From NCBI GenBank assembly GCA_965262615.1, contig OZ253545.1, forward strand, positions 512,001 to 576,000: a stretch of 64,000 nucleotides of DNA, in the 5' to 3' direction. The position numbers and the translations under genes were made by a program. The stretch's first letter is position 1, and each line of letters starts with the position of its first letter. Below the pieces are notes generated by a model. It ran no database searches, was not told the origin of the DNA, and saw nothing but the letters and a program-made list of their open reading frames with translations. Of the stretch, positions 11,263-20,856 are shown piece after piece. This DNA is from Alphaproteobacteria bacterium. Lineage in GTDB: Bacteria; Pseudomonadota; Alphaproteobacteria; GM7ARS4; G965262615.

Positions 11263-11739
11263 ATGACCCAACAACGCCCCATTGATTTGATTTTGAGCGA
11301 GCTCGGTGCCACCATGGGCATGGAGAATTTGACCTTTGATGAAAACGGCGGCTGCATCCTGCAGTTTGATGAAACCATGAATGTCCTGCTACTGTATGAG
11401 GGCAACAGTGAGGTGTTGTATTTGTTTAGTTTTGTGGGCGAGATTCCCGAGGGCAAGGAATCTGTGGTGATGCGTCATTTGTTGGAAGCCAACTATCGCT
11501 GGGAGGGCAGTGGCGGGGCGACATTGAGTCTGCGAAAAGATGAGGGCAATGTGGTGTTGACTCATAAGTTGTTGGTCGCCTCCTTGACGCGCGAGGCACT
11601 GGAGCAGACCCTCAGCGAATTTGTGACGGCGTTGGAGAAATGGATGAGCTATCTGGGTGACAGTGATGGTGTCACGGCGGATGTTCAGGCATCAAGGTCA
11701 CCCAACGGCGTGCCGCCCTCCGCCATGATCAGAGCCTAA
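11263..11739 (+). CDS. CesT/Tir-family type III secretion chaperone-like protein
   Basis: 158 aa, acidic; L.FDENGGC.L.FD...LLEAN..W.GSGGATLSL pattern typical of class IA chaperones. Confidence 0.8.
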   Translation: MTQQRPIDLILSELGATMGMENLTFDENGGCILQFDETMNVLLLYEGNSEVLYLFSFVGEIPEGKESVVMRHLLEANYRWEGSGGATLSLRKDEGNVVLTHKLLVASLTREALEQTLSEFVTALEKWMSYLGDSDGVTADVQASRSPNGVPPSAMIRA

Positions 11740-11856
11740 TTTTTGTGGCAGTCCCATTCGCCTCAATTTTCCTGTTGATAAGTTGTTGATGACTATTGAC
11801 AAATTGCGAAGAGGTGCAATATCCTAAACCCCAGTTTCAATGGAGGGAGTGCTGAC

Positions 11857-12033
11857 ATGAAAGAAAGAAAGCATGATACAAAGCAACAAAATAGCGAATA
11901 TGACATTCGCCGTTGGAAGCCGACACCGTATCCCATGACGAAGCGTTTGGGCGAGCCTCGTCGCTCCAATGATTACGGGCATCTGATTGTGCAGTCTTGG
12001 GATGATGGTTATGGAAGAAAGCCCAAGAGCTGA
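11857..12033 (+). CDS. Small basic ORF (58 aa) overlapping the start of the SDH protease
   Basis: Manual translation MKERKHDTKQQNSEYDIRRWKPTPYPMTKRLGEPRRSNDYGHLIVQSWDDGYGRKPKS*; strong GGAGGGAG RBS; below the ORF-track size cutoff. Confidence 0.5.
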   Translation: MKERKHDTKQQNSEYDIRRWKPTPYPMTKRLGEPRRSNDYGHLIVQSWDDGYGRKPKS

Positions 12034-12850
12034 TTTCTTTCCAAGAACCAACCGTCTTCCAGATCATTCACCTAAATATTGGGCAAGGAACAAGGATCGT
12101 TTTTTGCGCCAGTTGTTGGTGTCCGACATTGAGAAAGAGACAGAGCGTCCTTTGGTTGTTTATTTTGCTTCTGCCAACGAAAGCATCAATGGACACGATG
12201 CGAGCATCAATCGTTACGATGTTGAGGATTTGTATGAGGTCACAAAAAAAATTGAAAAGAGTAAAGAGATTGATTTGTTTCTGCAAACATTTGGTGGGGA
12301 TGTTGATGCCACAGAGAAAATTATTAAATTTCTGCGGGAGCGTTTCAGAAGTTATAGGGTAGTTGTTCCCAATTGGGCGAAAAGCGGTGGAACGCTGATC
12401 GCTTTAGCGGCAGAAAAAATCATTATGGGGACAATATCGGAATTGGGTCCCATTGACCCTCAGGACGGTGGTTTTCCATGCGAATTGTTGGAAAAAGATA
12501 AGAAACTTCCTTTTTATGAACGGGAATCTATGAAATTGACAGTAGAGAGGGTTAAAAATCTTGCTCAGGGGTATCTTGATGGTAAAGTAGAGAGTGGGAA
12601 ACTTAAGGATGTCGTAGAAAAAATAGCATCTCCATATAGTTATGGCTCTCATGCGGCGGTTATTGATTTTCATGAGGCAAAAGAAATTGGCTTGCATGTG
12701 GATTTATTAAATGAAGATAATCCGTTGTGGCAGAAAATTTGGTTTTTATACTGTCTCTACGATGTGGATATGCGTAATTCTGGTCTGGCAAGGATATGTG
12801 AGACAAGTCGTTACAGCATTGCTCGTCGTCTTCCGCCCCCGCGTAAATAA
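12002..12850 (+). CDS. SDH-family Clp-fold serine proteinase
   Basis: LQTFGG, VPNWAKSGGTLIAL (Ser), SELGPIDPQ (Asp), SHAAVI (His); AT-rich. Start uncertain (12002-12011). Confidence 0.85.
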   Translation: MMVMEESPRADFFPRTNRLPDHSPKYWARNKDRFLRQLLVSDIEKETERPLVVYFASANESINGHDASINRYDVEDLYEVTKKIEKSKEIDLFLQTFGGDVDATEKIIKFLRERFRSYRVVVPNWAKSGGTLIALAAEKIIMGTISELGPIDPQDGGFPCELLEKDKKLPFYERESMKLTVERVKNLAQGYLDGKVESGKLKDVVEKIASPYSYGSHAAVIDFHEAKEIGLHVDLLNEDNPLWQKIWFLYCLYDVDMRNSGLARICETSRYSIARRLPPPRK

Positions 12851-12925
12851 TCTTGCCGATGGCGGCACATTGTTTGAGAGTGGCATCATTGATTCCTCAC
12901 TGATTGTCTCGCTACTCCGTGTCTT
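12842..12925 (+). repeat. Degenerate copy of the tkt upstream region and start (other copy 13849-13930)
   Basis: Shared blocks CGTAAATAATCTTGC (15/15), TGATTGTCTC and CTCCGTGTCTT in the same order and spacing. Confidence 0.85.
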
Positions 12926-13119
12926 TTACTCATCAGCGAGGATGACATCATCCACAGCAATGCCATCAAAAGATGGGCTTTTTACTAGAGATTTCTCGCA
13001 ACACTCCATAAAGATTGCACACCTCAAGACGCACATACCAAAGCAGTTGTTTCTTCATAGTTCTACCTCGCCCATCCCTCAAACCGAAAACAAAAGCCAC
13101 AAAAAAATAAAGTGACATA

Positions 13120-13395
13120 ATGACAAAAAAACACTACAATAAAACCATGATGACCGACAGAAGATCCATGCTTTTGGCAAATTTTGATGCCTTTCAAAAG
13201 ATGTCCGCTCAATTCAAAAAAGAAGACAAGGGCAAGTATGTGCTTCTGCGTGATCAAAAACTCATCGGCGTTTTTGATACCGCCAGCCTCGCCCACAAAC
13301 ACGCCCTTGAGACCTACGATGACGACAATTACAGCTTTCAAGAAATTGGAGGCGAGCCAATTGAGATTCCTTTGTTCCGTGTCATCTCTGCTTAA
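13120..13395 (+). CDS. DUF5678-like small protein
   Basis: GKYVLLRDQKLIGVFDT pattern; directly upstream of a retropepsin-like protease, a recurring gene pair. Confidence 0.65.
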   Translation: MTKKHYNKTMMTDRRSMLLANFDAFQKMSAQFKKEDKGKYVLLRDQKLIGVFDTASLAHKHALETYDDDNYSFQEIGGEPIEIPLFRVISA

Positions 13396-13400
13396 TCAGC

Positions 13401-13823
13401 ATGGCTCTTCTTAAAATTCAATTTGACCTTCAAAAAGGGGTCACTATTCCAGTGTTCATTGCAACAGCTAAAGACGCTGTTGGAATTGAGATTAAAGAGA
13501 AAGACATCAAAACAATGCCAAAGTTTAACGGTCTCATAGATACAGGAGCTTCTCGAAGCTGTGTCAGCAAAAGACTTGCCAAAGCATTAAAACTTAAGTC
13601 ATCAGGGGTGATACCAATGCTGACCGCATCAGAAAAAGTGAGGGTGGAGACTTACTTTGTCACTTTCATAATACCAATGGTGAATTCCTTCCGTATTTTT
13701 GAAAAAATTGAAGTGGCTGAATACGGAGGAGGGAAAAGTCACGATGTGCTACTGGGGCGCGATATTCTCATGAAAGGAATCTTCCAAACCGATTGGAGCG
13801 GGCAAGCCATTCTCGGCTTTTGA
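13401..13823 (+). CDS. Retropepsin-like aspartyl protease
   Basis: LIDTGA and LLGRDIL motifs. Confidence 0.88.
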   Translation: MALLKIQFDLQKGVTIPVFIATAKDAVGIEIKEKDIKTMPKFNGLIDTGASRSCVSKRLAKALKLKSSGVIPMLTASEKVRVETYFVTFIIPMVNSFRIFEKIEVAEYGGGKSHDVLLGRDILMKGIFQTDWSGQAILGF

Positions 13824-13923
13824 AACAACCTGAGGCTTTATCTCAATTCGTAAATAATCTTGCTCACGGCGGCGGCTTGCTTTAGAGTGATGCCATTGAT
13901 GCCTTCTTGATTGTCTCTGCTCC

Positions 13924-15915
13924 GTGTCTTCTGTTTCCACCCGCTCTCTTGCCAATGCCATTCGGATTTTGTCTGCCGATGGTGTGGAGCGCGCCGCCTC
14001 GGGTCATCCGGGGTTGCCGCTGGGCATGGCGGATGTGGTGACGGTGCTTTTTCGTGACTATCTCAAGCAGGATGCCGCCGCGCCCCACTGGCACAATCGC
14101 GATCGTTTTGTGTTGTCGGCAGGACACGGCTCCATGTTGCTCTACAGCGTGGCGCATCTGTTGGGGCATGAGGATGTGCCACTGGAGGTGTTGAAGAATT
14201 TTCGCGCTCTTCATAGCCCCACCGCCGGTCATCCCGAATACGGCTTGTTGCACTGTGTGGAGACCACCACAGGACCTCTTGCCCAAGGCTTTGCCAATGG
14301 GGTGGGCATGGCAATCGCCGAGCGATGGATGGCGCATCACTGGAGGGAAAACCTCATTGACCATCACTGTTATGTGGTGGTGGGCGATGGCTGTTTGATG
14401 GAGGGATTGTCGCATGAGGCGGCATCGCTGGCGGGACATCTCAATCTGCGGCGGCTGATTGTGTTGTTTGACGATAATGGCATCTCCATTGATGGCTCGG
14501 TGCGGCTTGCCTCCAGCGATGACCATCGCGCCCGTTTTGAATCCTACGGCTGGCAGGTGCTGGACGGCGATGGTCATGATGAAGTCGCCATCAAAGCCAT
14601 GCTGGATGAGGCCCATCGCAGTGAGCGTCCCTCTTTGCTGGCGTGTCGCACTCACATTGGCTATGGCGCGCCGCATAAACAGGGCAGTGAAACGGCTCAC
14701 GGCGCACCACTGGGAAGCGATGAGGTCGCCGCTCTGCGCGAGCAACTGGAGTGGCATCACAAGGAAGCATTTTTCATTCCCGATGACATCAAACGCGCAT
14801 GGCGCGCCATCGGCGCACAGCATCACGACACTCACTTGGCGTGGAAGAAAAAACTCAGCAACCACCCTCAAGCCGACCAATTCAAACAGATGATGGACAA
14901 TCCTCTTGGGGACGATTGGCGCACAGTCATTCATCGGTTCAAAAAGCAACCCATGAAAGCCATCGCCACTCGCAAGAGCTCACAGCAGCTGTTGTCTCAA
15001 TTGACAAAAACGCTGCCCAATCTCATCGGCGGCTCGGCGGATTTGACCGAGTCCAACGGTGTCAAAGGAGACGCTCAAGCCGTCATCACGGGCACTCATC
15101 GCAACGGTCAGTTCATTCATTACGGCATTCGCGAGATGGGCATGGCGGCGGTGATGAACGGCTTGGCACTCTATGGGGGTTTGCGTCCTTATGGCGGCAG
15201 CTTTCTTGTGTTCACCGATTACGCCCGCCCCGCCATGCGCTTGTCAGCCCTGATGGGACTGGGGGTGATTTATGTCATGACGCACGATTCCATCGGCGTG
15301 GGTGAGGATGGTCCCACCCATCAGCCCATTGAGCATTTGGCATCGTTGCGCGCCATTCCCAATATGCTGGTGCTGCGTCCGATGGATGGCGTGGAGATGG
15401 CGGAATGTTGGGAAATCGCCTTGCAAAATGACACCCGTCCATCGGTGTTGGTGCTCACACGGCAGGATGTTCCCGTCATCAGAGACAAAGCCACGCCCGA
15501 TAATCTCGCCGCCAAAGGAGCATATGTCGTGCGGGAAAATGACACCGCCCAATTGACTCTGCTCGCCACAGGCTCGGAAGTCGCCATCGCCATCGCCGCC
15601 CATGAGGAGCTTTTGAAACATTCAATCGCTTCTCGGGTGGTCTCCATGCCCTGCTGGGAATTGTTTGAAGAATGTCATGATGACCAGCAAAAAGCCGCGC
15701 TGCTGGGGAAAAATCACAAACGCATCGCCATTGAAGCCGCCGCCTCGCAAGGGTGGGATCGCTACCTGCACGGATTGCAAAGCGGCGGCGGCGCATTCAT
15801 CGGCATGAATCGGTTTGGCGCATCAGCAACCGCACAGAAATTGTTTGACCATTTTGATATCACGACTCAACACACCGTGAATATCGCTCAGAAGCTGTTA
15901 GATCGTGTCGTTTAA
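13924..15915 (+). CDS. tkt: Transketolase
   Basis: SGHPGLPLG, RDRFVLSAGHGS, GDGCLMEG, GEDGPTHQP. Confidence 0.98.
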   Translation: MSSVSTRSLANAIRILSADGVERAASGHPGLPLGMADVVTVLFRDYLKQDAAAPHWHNRDRFVLSAGHGSMLLYSVAHLLGHEDVPLEVLKNFRALHSPTAGHPEYGLLHCVETTTGPLAQGFANGVGMAIAERWMAHHWRENLIDHHCYVVVGDGCLMEGLSHEAASLAGHLNLRRLIVLFDDNGISIDGSVRLASSDDHRARFESYGWQVLDGDGHDEVAIKAMLDEAHRSERPSLLACRTHIGYGAPHKQGSETAHGAPLGSDEVAALREQLEWHHKEAFFIPDDIKRAWRAIGAQHHDTHLAWKKKLSNHPQADQFKQMMDNPLGDDWRTVIHRFKKQPMKAIATRKSSQQLLSQLTKTLPNLIGGSADLTESNGVKGDAQAVITGTHRNGQFIHYGIREMGMAAVMNGLALYGGLRPYGGSFLVFTDYARPAMRLSALMGLGVIYVMTHDSIGVGEDGPTHQPIEHLASLRAIPNMLVLRPMDGVEMAECWEIALQNDTRPSVLVLTRQDVPVIRDKATPDNLAAKGAYVVRENDTAQLTLLATGSEVAIAIAAHEELLKHSIASRVVSMPCWELFEECHDDQQKAALLGKNHKRIAIEAAASQGWDRYLHGLQSGGGAFIGMNRFGASATAQKLFDHFDITTQHTVNIAQKLLDRVV

Positions 15916-15957
15916 TAACAGAAAATTCCTCGCGCGATTATAGAAAAAACAAGATGG

Positions 15958-16680
15958 CTAACTTAACGATTGTATAGGGGGCATCTCATCATATGTTCTG
16001 CCGTTCAAAAGCCTCCCCGTTAAATCCTTGCGAACGCCGCCCCATTGCTTGAAGAAAAATTTAACCTTGCTTTTTCTGCACTGCTTGCGGATAGACTCCA
16101 CCCAAGCTTTTCGCATCAAGCGAGCTCCCGTCCCCGACTCGCCGCCGACAATCACCCAATCAATGCCATTTAACTGAAGGTTTTCACAGTGACCAATCAA
16201 AGGCTCACAAGATAAAAAGCGCACATATGAAGGCACATGGTGCAAATCTTCTATCCTGTTATAAACGCTTTCATCCTCTACACTGACACCCATCCAGATG
16301 TTTGGTGTCCAAGTCAATTGCAAGGCATACGCCCTCAACCGAGAGCTTCTTTTTGTGAGAATTTGAAATGTGTGTTGCGGACATTCATTCATGGTCGCAA
16401 ACACTTTTTGAATGAATGACAAAGGCACTTCGGGATGAAATAAATCACTCATGGAATTGACAAAAACAATTCTCCCCTTTTTCCATCTTTTCGGCAGGTC
16501 AATTAAATCTTCGTGCAAGGTGACATCAAAGCCGTTGCGATAGCGTTTATTGCCCATGACATGCAATCTGGCAGCCATCCGATGAGCATAGCAATTTTTG
16601 CACCCCGCGGAAATCTTGTCGCATCCCGTCACTGGATTCCAAGTGACTTCCGTCCATTCAATTTTTGACAACGATGCCAT
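15958..16680 (-). CDS. DUF5131 (phage Gp37/Gp68-like, radical-SAM-related three-Cys) protein
   Basis: SKIEWTEVTWNPVTGCDKISAGCKNCYA, VNSMSDLFH, WVIVGGESG, FFFKQWGG. Confidence 0.93.
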   Translation of the reverse strand: MASLSKIEWTEVTWNPVTGCDKISAGCKNCYAHRMAARLHVMGNKRYRNGFDVTLHEDLIDLPKRWKKGRIVFVNSMSDLFHPEVPLSFIQKVFATMNECPQHTFQILTKRSSRLRAYALQLTWTPNIWMGVSVEDESVYNRIEDLHHVPSYVRFLSCEPLIGHCENLQLNGIDWVIVGGESGTGARLMRKAWVESIRKQCRKSKVKFFFKQWGGVRKDLTGRLLNGRTYDEMPPIQSLS

Positions 16681-16683
16681 AAA

Positions 16684-17571
16684 TCATTCCCCCAAATTCA
16701 GTGACAGCTGTTGCCCTGATGATTCTTGGGAGCGTTCTCTCGGCTTAATAATATTATGCCGAGCTATGTTTTTTGCTATCTCAATAGCTCTAGGATTTTT
16801 GCTCCCAACACAAAAAATAAATTCAAACATGGCACTGTTTTTATCAGTTTTAAAAGTCTTGCTTTCCTCAAGCAATCTATTGCCAAATAAACTACGCAAT
16901 TGGTTTTTATAAAGATTGAGTATGCCCCTCACCCCTTCATCCATAATCACTTCATCATCGCCAAAAACATTTTGCTGAGGGTTGGTTTTATAAAAATTCT
17001 GCCAACTATTTCCACCAAAAATAAGCGTGAGTTTTTCTGCCCAAGTAGAATCAACATCCTCTGGCTTTTTTGTTCTAGGAATGATACGGGAAATTGCCAT
17101 GATTGGAAACAATATCCAAGTATCCAAAGCTTCATAGCTGGCAACTTCTTTCAAAGTAGAAAAATTCAATTGAGTCGCAAATGGATCAATAAACAGCACA
17201 CCTCTGTATTTTTTCCAATCTCTATTGAGATTTTTCAAAAACTCATTGGCATCTCCTTGAGAAATCTTTACACGCTCTTCATGGCCAAATCGTCCCTTAA
17301 GCCGTGCATGGGCTTCTATTTTCCACTCATTAAAAAGCAATTCATCAAATTGCCTATCTTTAATATCCAAAGCTATTTTTGGAGACCCCTTGATAAATTT
17401 TGACACACCGTCAGACTTTAACGGGACATATCCTGGTCCCGCAAAAGCATCTATGTAAATTAGACGAAAATACCGCCCTTTTTCGCTATTCAGCACTGTC
17501 GTGTATGCATCAAGATACTTGCCGAGTATCTTCAGCTTTTCCTCTGTCCATTCGCCACCGTATTCTTTCAT
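16684..17571 (-). CDS. tcmP: Three-Cys-motif partner protein (SAM-dependent methyltransferase-like)
   Basis: GEWTEEKLKILGKYL, YIDAFAGPG, GSP, GDAN, FIDPF; adjacent to DUF5131. Confidence 0.9.
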   Translation of the reverse strand: MKEYGGEWTEEKLKILGKYLDAYTTVLNSEKGRYFRLIYIDAFAGPGYVPLKSDGVSKFIKGSPKIALDIKDRQFDELLFNEWKIEAHARLKGRFGHEERVKISQGDANEFLKNLNRDWKKYRGVLFIDPFATQLNFSTLKEVASYEALDTWILFPIMAISRIIPRTKKPEDVDSTWAEKLTLIFGGNSWQNFYKTNPQQNVFGDDEVIMDEGVRGILNLYKNQLRSLFGNRLLEESKTFKTDKNSAMFEFIFCVGSKNPRAIEIAKNIARHNIIKPRERSQESSGQQLSLNLGE

Positions 17572-17638
17572 ATCGCCACCGATCAGAAATTTATGTTTTC
17601 ATTTTGTTCTATTTTTCATCCTTTGTCAATAGAAAAAC

Positions 17639-17664
17639 GCACCCCACAACCACCTTTTTTATTG
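17639..17664 (+). repeat. 26-bp dispersed motif GCACCCCACAACCACCTTTYTTATTG (inverted copy 26043-26068)
   Basis: 25/26 identity with the reverse complement of 26043-26068. Confidence 0.9.
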
Positions 17665-17694
17665 TCGCCGCCAAACAAACCCAAACCCAAATCT

Positions 17695-17738
17695 TGAATG
17701 TCGCTCGCAAGCTGTTGGATGGAGTTCAATTAAATTAA
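17695..17738 (+). repeat. Degenerate copy of tkt 3' end
   Basis: 17695-17720 versus 15878-15903 is 22/26; NVARKLLDGVQLN* versus NIAQKLLDRVV*. Confidence 0.75.
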
Positions 17739-17748
17739 CAAATTTATT

Positions 17749-17777
17749 TTGCAAAACAGTTCAAAAAGCTGTATAGT
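17749..17777 (+). promoter_or_regulatory. Sigma70-type promoter of the aldehyde dehydrogenase gene
   Basis: TTGCAA-17 bp-TATAGT, followed by GGAGG RBS before ATG 17831. Confidence 0.65.
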
Positions 17778-17830
17778 GGTGGCGTTCGTGTTTGTAAGAG
17801 ACACGTCACACTAACCGTCGGAGGTGCATC

Positions 17831-19354
17831 ATGAAACTTCAGGATGCTTTGAAAGAGGCTTCTAAGGCTCTTTCTATTGATTCTCGTTATGAGAACTACA
17901 TTGGCGGCAAGTGGGTTGCTCCCGTTAAAGGTCAGTATTTTGATAATCCCAGCCCTGTTACCGGCAAGAAAATGTGCGAGATCGCGCGTTCGACGGCTGA
18001 GGATATTGAAAAAGCCCTTGACGCAGCCCATGCCGCTAAGGATGCGTGGGGACGCACATCCACCACCGAGCGCTCGAATATCCTCAACCAGATTGCGCAA
18101 CGCATGGAGGATAATCTCAAGTTCTTGGCGTTGGTTGAGACTTGCGACAATGGCAAGCCCATTCGCGAAACCACTCTTGCGGACTTGCCGCTGGCGATTG
18201 ATCACTTTCGCTATTTTGCGGCTTGCATTCGCGCTCAAGAAGGAAGCATTTGCGAAATTGATGATAAGACAATGGCTTATCATTATCACGAACCCCTTGG
18301 GGTGTGTGCGCAAATCATTCCTTGGAACTTTCCACTGCTGATGGCGACATGGAAACTCGCTCCTGCTCTTGCGGCAGGGAACTGCGTTGTTCTCAAGCCC
18401 GCCGAACAGACACCCATGAGCATCATGATCTTTGCCAAACTGATTGAAGATCTGTTGCCCCCTGGTGTGCTCAATGTGGTCAATGGCTTCGGTGTTGAGG
18501 CTGGCAAGCCGCTCGCTTCCAGTGAACGCGTTGCCAAAGTCGCCTTCACGGGCGAGACCACAACGGGACGACTCATCATGCAGTATGCTTCGGAGAACAT
18601 CATTCCTGTCACGCTGGAATTGGGAGGAAAATCACCTAACATTTTCTTTGCCGATGTCATGGACGAGAATGATGAGTTCCTTGACAAGGCGTTGGAGGGA
18701 TTTACCATGTTTGCTCTGAATCAGGGTGAGGTATGCACATGTCCTTCTCGTGCGTTGGTGCATGAATCCATCTATGACAAGTTCATGGACAAAGCCATTG
18801 CTCGGGTCAAGAAAATCAAGCAGGACAATCCCTTGCTGGATGACACCATGCTTGGCGCACAAGCTTCCAATGATCAGTATGAGAAAATCCTCTCCTATTT
18901 GGACATTGGCAAGAAAGAGGGCGCAAAGGTCTTGACGGGCGGCAATGCCAAAAAAATGTCGGGCGAACTGGCGGATGGCTACTACATTGAGCCAACTGTC
19001 TTTGAAGGCAAGAACGACATGCGCATCTTCCAAGAGGAAATCTTTGGCCCGGTGGTTTCGGTCACCAAGTTCAAGGATGAGGATGACGCACTTGCCATCG
19101 CCAATGACACGCTCTATGGCTTGGGCGCGGGTGTTTGGACTCGCAGTGTGCACAAGGCGTTCAACTTCGGTCGTGCCATCAAGGCGGGACGAGTCTGGAC
19201 CAATTGCTACCACCTCTATCCCGCTCACGCGGCTTTTGGTGGATACAAAAAGTCAGGAGTCGGCAGAGAAAACCATAAGATGATGTTGGATCATTATCAG
19301 CAGACCAAAAACACATTGGTCAGCTATGATCCCAATCCGATGGGATTCTTCTAA
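17831..19354 (+). CDS. NAD-dependent acetaldehyde dehydrogenase (AcoD/AldB/ExaC type)
   Basis: [39 protein letters not shown]; followed by DUF779. Confidence 0.96.
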   Translation: MKLQDALKEASKALSIDSRYENYIGGKWVAPVKGQYFDNPSPVTGKKMCEIARSTAEDIEKALDAAHAAKDAWGRTSTTERSNILNQIAQRMEDNLKFLALVETCDNGKPIRETTLADLPLAIDHFRYFAACIRAQEGSICEIDDKTMAYHYHEPLGVCAQIIPWNFPLLMATWKLAPALAAGNCVVLKPAEQTPMSIMIFAKLIEDLLPPGVLNVVNGFGVEAGKPLASSERVAKVAFTGETTTGRLIMQYASENIIPVTLELGGKSPNIFFADVMDENDEFLDKALEGFTMFALNQGEVCTCPSRALVHESIYDKFMDKAIARVKKIKQDNPLLDDTMLGAQASNDQYEKILSYLDIGKKEGAKVLTGGNAKKMSGELADGYYIEPTVFEGKNDMRIFQEEIFGPVVSVTKFKDEDDALAIANDTLYGLGAGVWTRSVHKAFNFGRAIKAGRVWTNCYHLYPAHAAFGGYKKSGVGRENHKMMLDHYQQTKNTLVSYDPNPMGFF

Positions 19355-19363
19355 AGGCAATCA

Positions 19364-19399
19364 AAGGGTCACCGTTGTCAATGATGACGGTGACCCTTG
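19364..19399 (+). terminator. Stem-loop after aldehyde dehydrogenase
   Basis: AAGGGTCACCGTTGTCA-A-TGATGACGGTGACCCTT inverted repeat; weak U tract, so may be a stabilising or attenuating hairpin. Confidence 0.55.
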
Positions 19400-19422
19400 T
19401 GCTTGGGAGAGGAGAATAAGTT

Positions 19423-19842
19423 ATGCGTTCTAATGAAATTCCTCGCGTTTCTTGTAGTGATGATGCCGCGCATCTCATTCGTGAGTTGCAGCAGCAGCAT
19501 GGGGCGTTGATGTTTCATCAATCGGGCGGCTGCTGTGATGGCTCTGCGCCGATGTGTTATGGCAGTGGTGAGTTCAAGGTGGGACGGCAGGATGTGTATT
19601 TGGGCATGATTGAAAACTGCCCTGTGTATATGGCGGCTGACCAGTTTGATTACTGGCGGCATACCCACCTCACCATTGATGTGGTGGAGGGGCGCGGTCA
19701 GGGGTTTTCTCTGGAAGCCCCTATGGGCAAGCGATTTTTGACCCGCTCGCGGGTGTTCTCTGATGAGGAAGCCACGCACCTGCAAGCGATGGGGGAGCCG
19801 CCGCGCGGTGATACTCATCCCCCTGAGGCGGTGATGGCGTGA
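19423..19842 (+). CDS. DUF779 domain protein
   Basis: LMFHQSGGCCDGSAPMCY, FSLEAP.G.RFLTRSR. Confidence 0.93.
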   Translation: MRSNEIPRVSCSDDAAHLIRELQQQHGALMFHQSGGCCDGSAPMCYGSGEFKVGRQDVYLGMIENCPVYMAADQFDYWRHTHLTIDVVEGRGQGFSLEAPMGKRFLTRSRVFSDEEATHLQAMGEPPRGDTHPPEAVMA

Positions 19843-19884
19843 GGCGCGTCACATTATTTTGTTTTTTGTTACTGATTTCGTATC

Positions 19885-20349
19885 ATGGATGACATAGAAC
19901 TGTATGCGGGTTTTTTTCAGCGATTTTTCGCGGCGGTCATGGATGTGATTATTCTTGGCTTTGTGACCTTCATTGCGGCAGCCAGTTTTTTCCCTGAATG
20001 GTTGCTGGTGAATCATGACTGGCAGCGCATGATGACCGAGCCCAATCCTGACATCATGCTTGACCCGTTTATTTTTCATCCGATGCACTTTGTGCTTCCT
20101 GCGCTGTATTACATTGGGTTTTATGTGTCGCGCTGGCAGGCGACTGTGGGGATGCGGATGATGGGAATTTACATCACCAACATGGAGGGCGGACGCATCA
20201 GCATCATTCGGGGTTTGCTGCGCCATGTGGCGGAGTTTTTGTCGGCATTGCTGTTTATGATTGGCTATTTGCTGATTCTCGTCACCCCCAAACGCCAGGC
20301 GTTGCATGACATGATTGCCTCCACCACGGTGCGGCGGGGCGTTTTATAG
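19885..20349 (+). CDS. RDD family membrane protein
   Basis: YAGFFQRFFAAVMD...QATVG...KRQALHDMIAST. Confidence 0.9.
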   Translation: MDDIELYAGFFQRFFAAVMDVIILGFVTFIAAASFFPEWLLVNHDWQRMMTEPNPDIMLDPFIFHPMHFVLPALYYIGFYVSRWQATVGMRMMGIYITNMEGGRISIIRGLLRHVAEFLSALLFMIGYLLILVTPKRQALHDMIASTTVRRGVL

Positions 20350-20357
20350 GAGTTTTG

Positions 20358-20825
20358 ATGATGGCTCAAACATCTCATTATGCGTCTTTTTGGCAGCGTC
20401 TGGGGGCGGGGGTGATTGATGTGATCATTGTGGTGATTGCCTACGATGCGATGGCGGCATTCACCGTGCTGGGCATTGAGTGGGAGCGGGAACTGGAGGG
20501 CTTGCCTCCCATGGCTGTCCCCATGAGTGATGCCGCGTCTTTTTATCTCAACCTTATTCTCTCCGAGATTTTTTTGCTGGCGTATTTTGTGATTTTTTTG
20601 TCATCATCACGCCGTGCCACACTGGGCATGGATGTGTTTCGCTTGACTTTGGTGGATGAGGAGTCGCAAAAAGCGGTGACATGGCAAAGGGTGTTGCTGA
20701 GATATATCTCCATGACTTTTTCCATTGCCTTTTTGTTCATCGGTTTTTTGATGATGCTGTGGACGCCCAAACGCCAAGCACTCCATGACCGTCTGGCGAA
20801 CACAGTGGTATTACAAAGGGCTTAA
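20358..20825 (+). CDS. RDD family membrane protein (tandem paralogue)
   Basis: YASFWQRLGAGVID...ATLG...KRQALHDRLANT. Confidence 0.9.
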   Translation: MMAQTSHYASFWQRLGAGVIDVIIVVIAYDAMAAFTVLGIEWERELEGLPPMAVPMSDAASFYLNLILSEIFLLAYFVIFLSSSRRATLGMDVFRLTLVDEESQKAVTWQRVLLRYISMTFSIAFLFIGFLMMLWTPKRQALHDRLANTVVLQRA

Positions 20826-20856
20826 TTGGCGGGTGGCTTTGTGATATAAGCCGTTC

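Noticed and set aside
12926-13110. Possible gene remnant between the tkt-promoter copy and the DUF5678-like gene
   Set aside because: No frame gives a recognisable motif; left unannotated.
13882-14949. 355-aa minus-strand ORF
   Set aside because: Antisense shadow of tkt.
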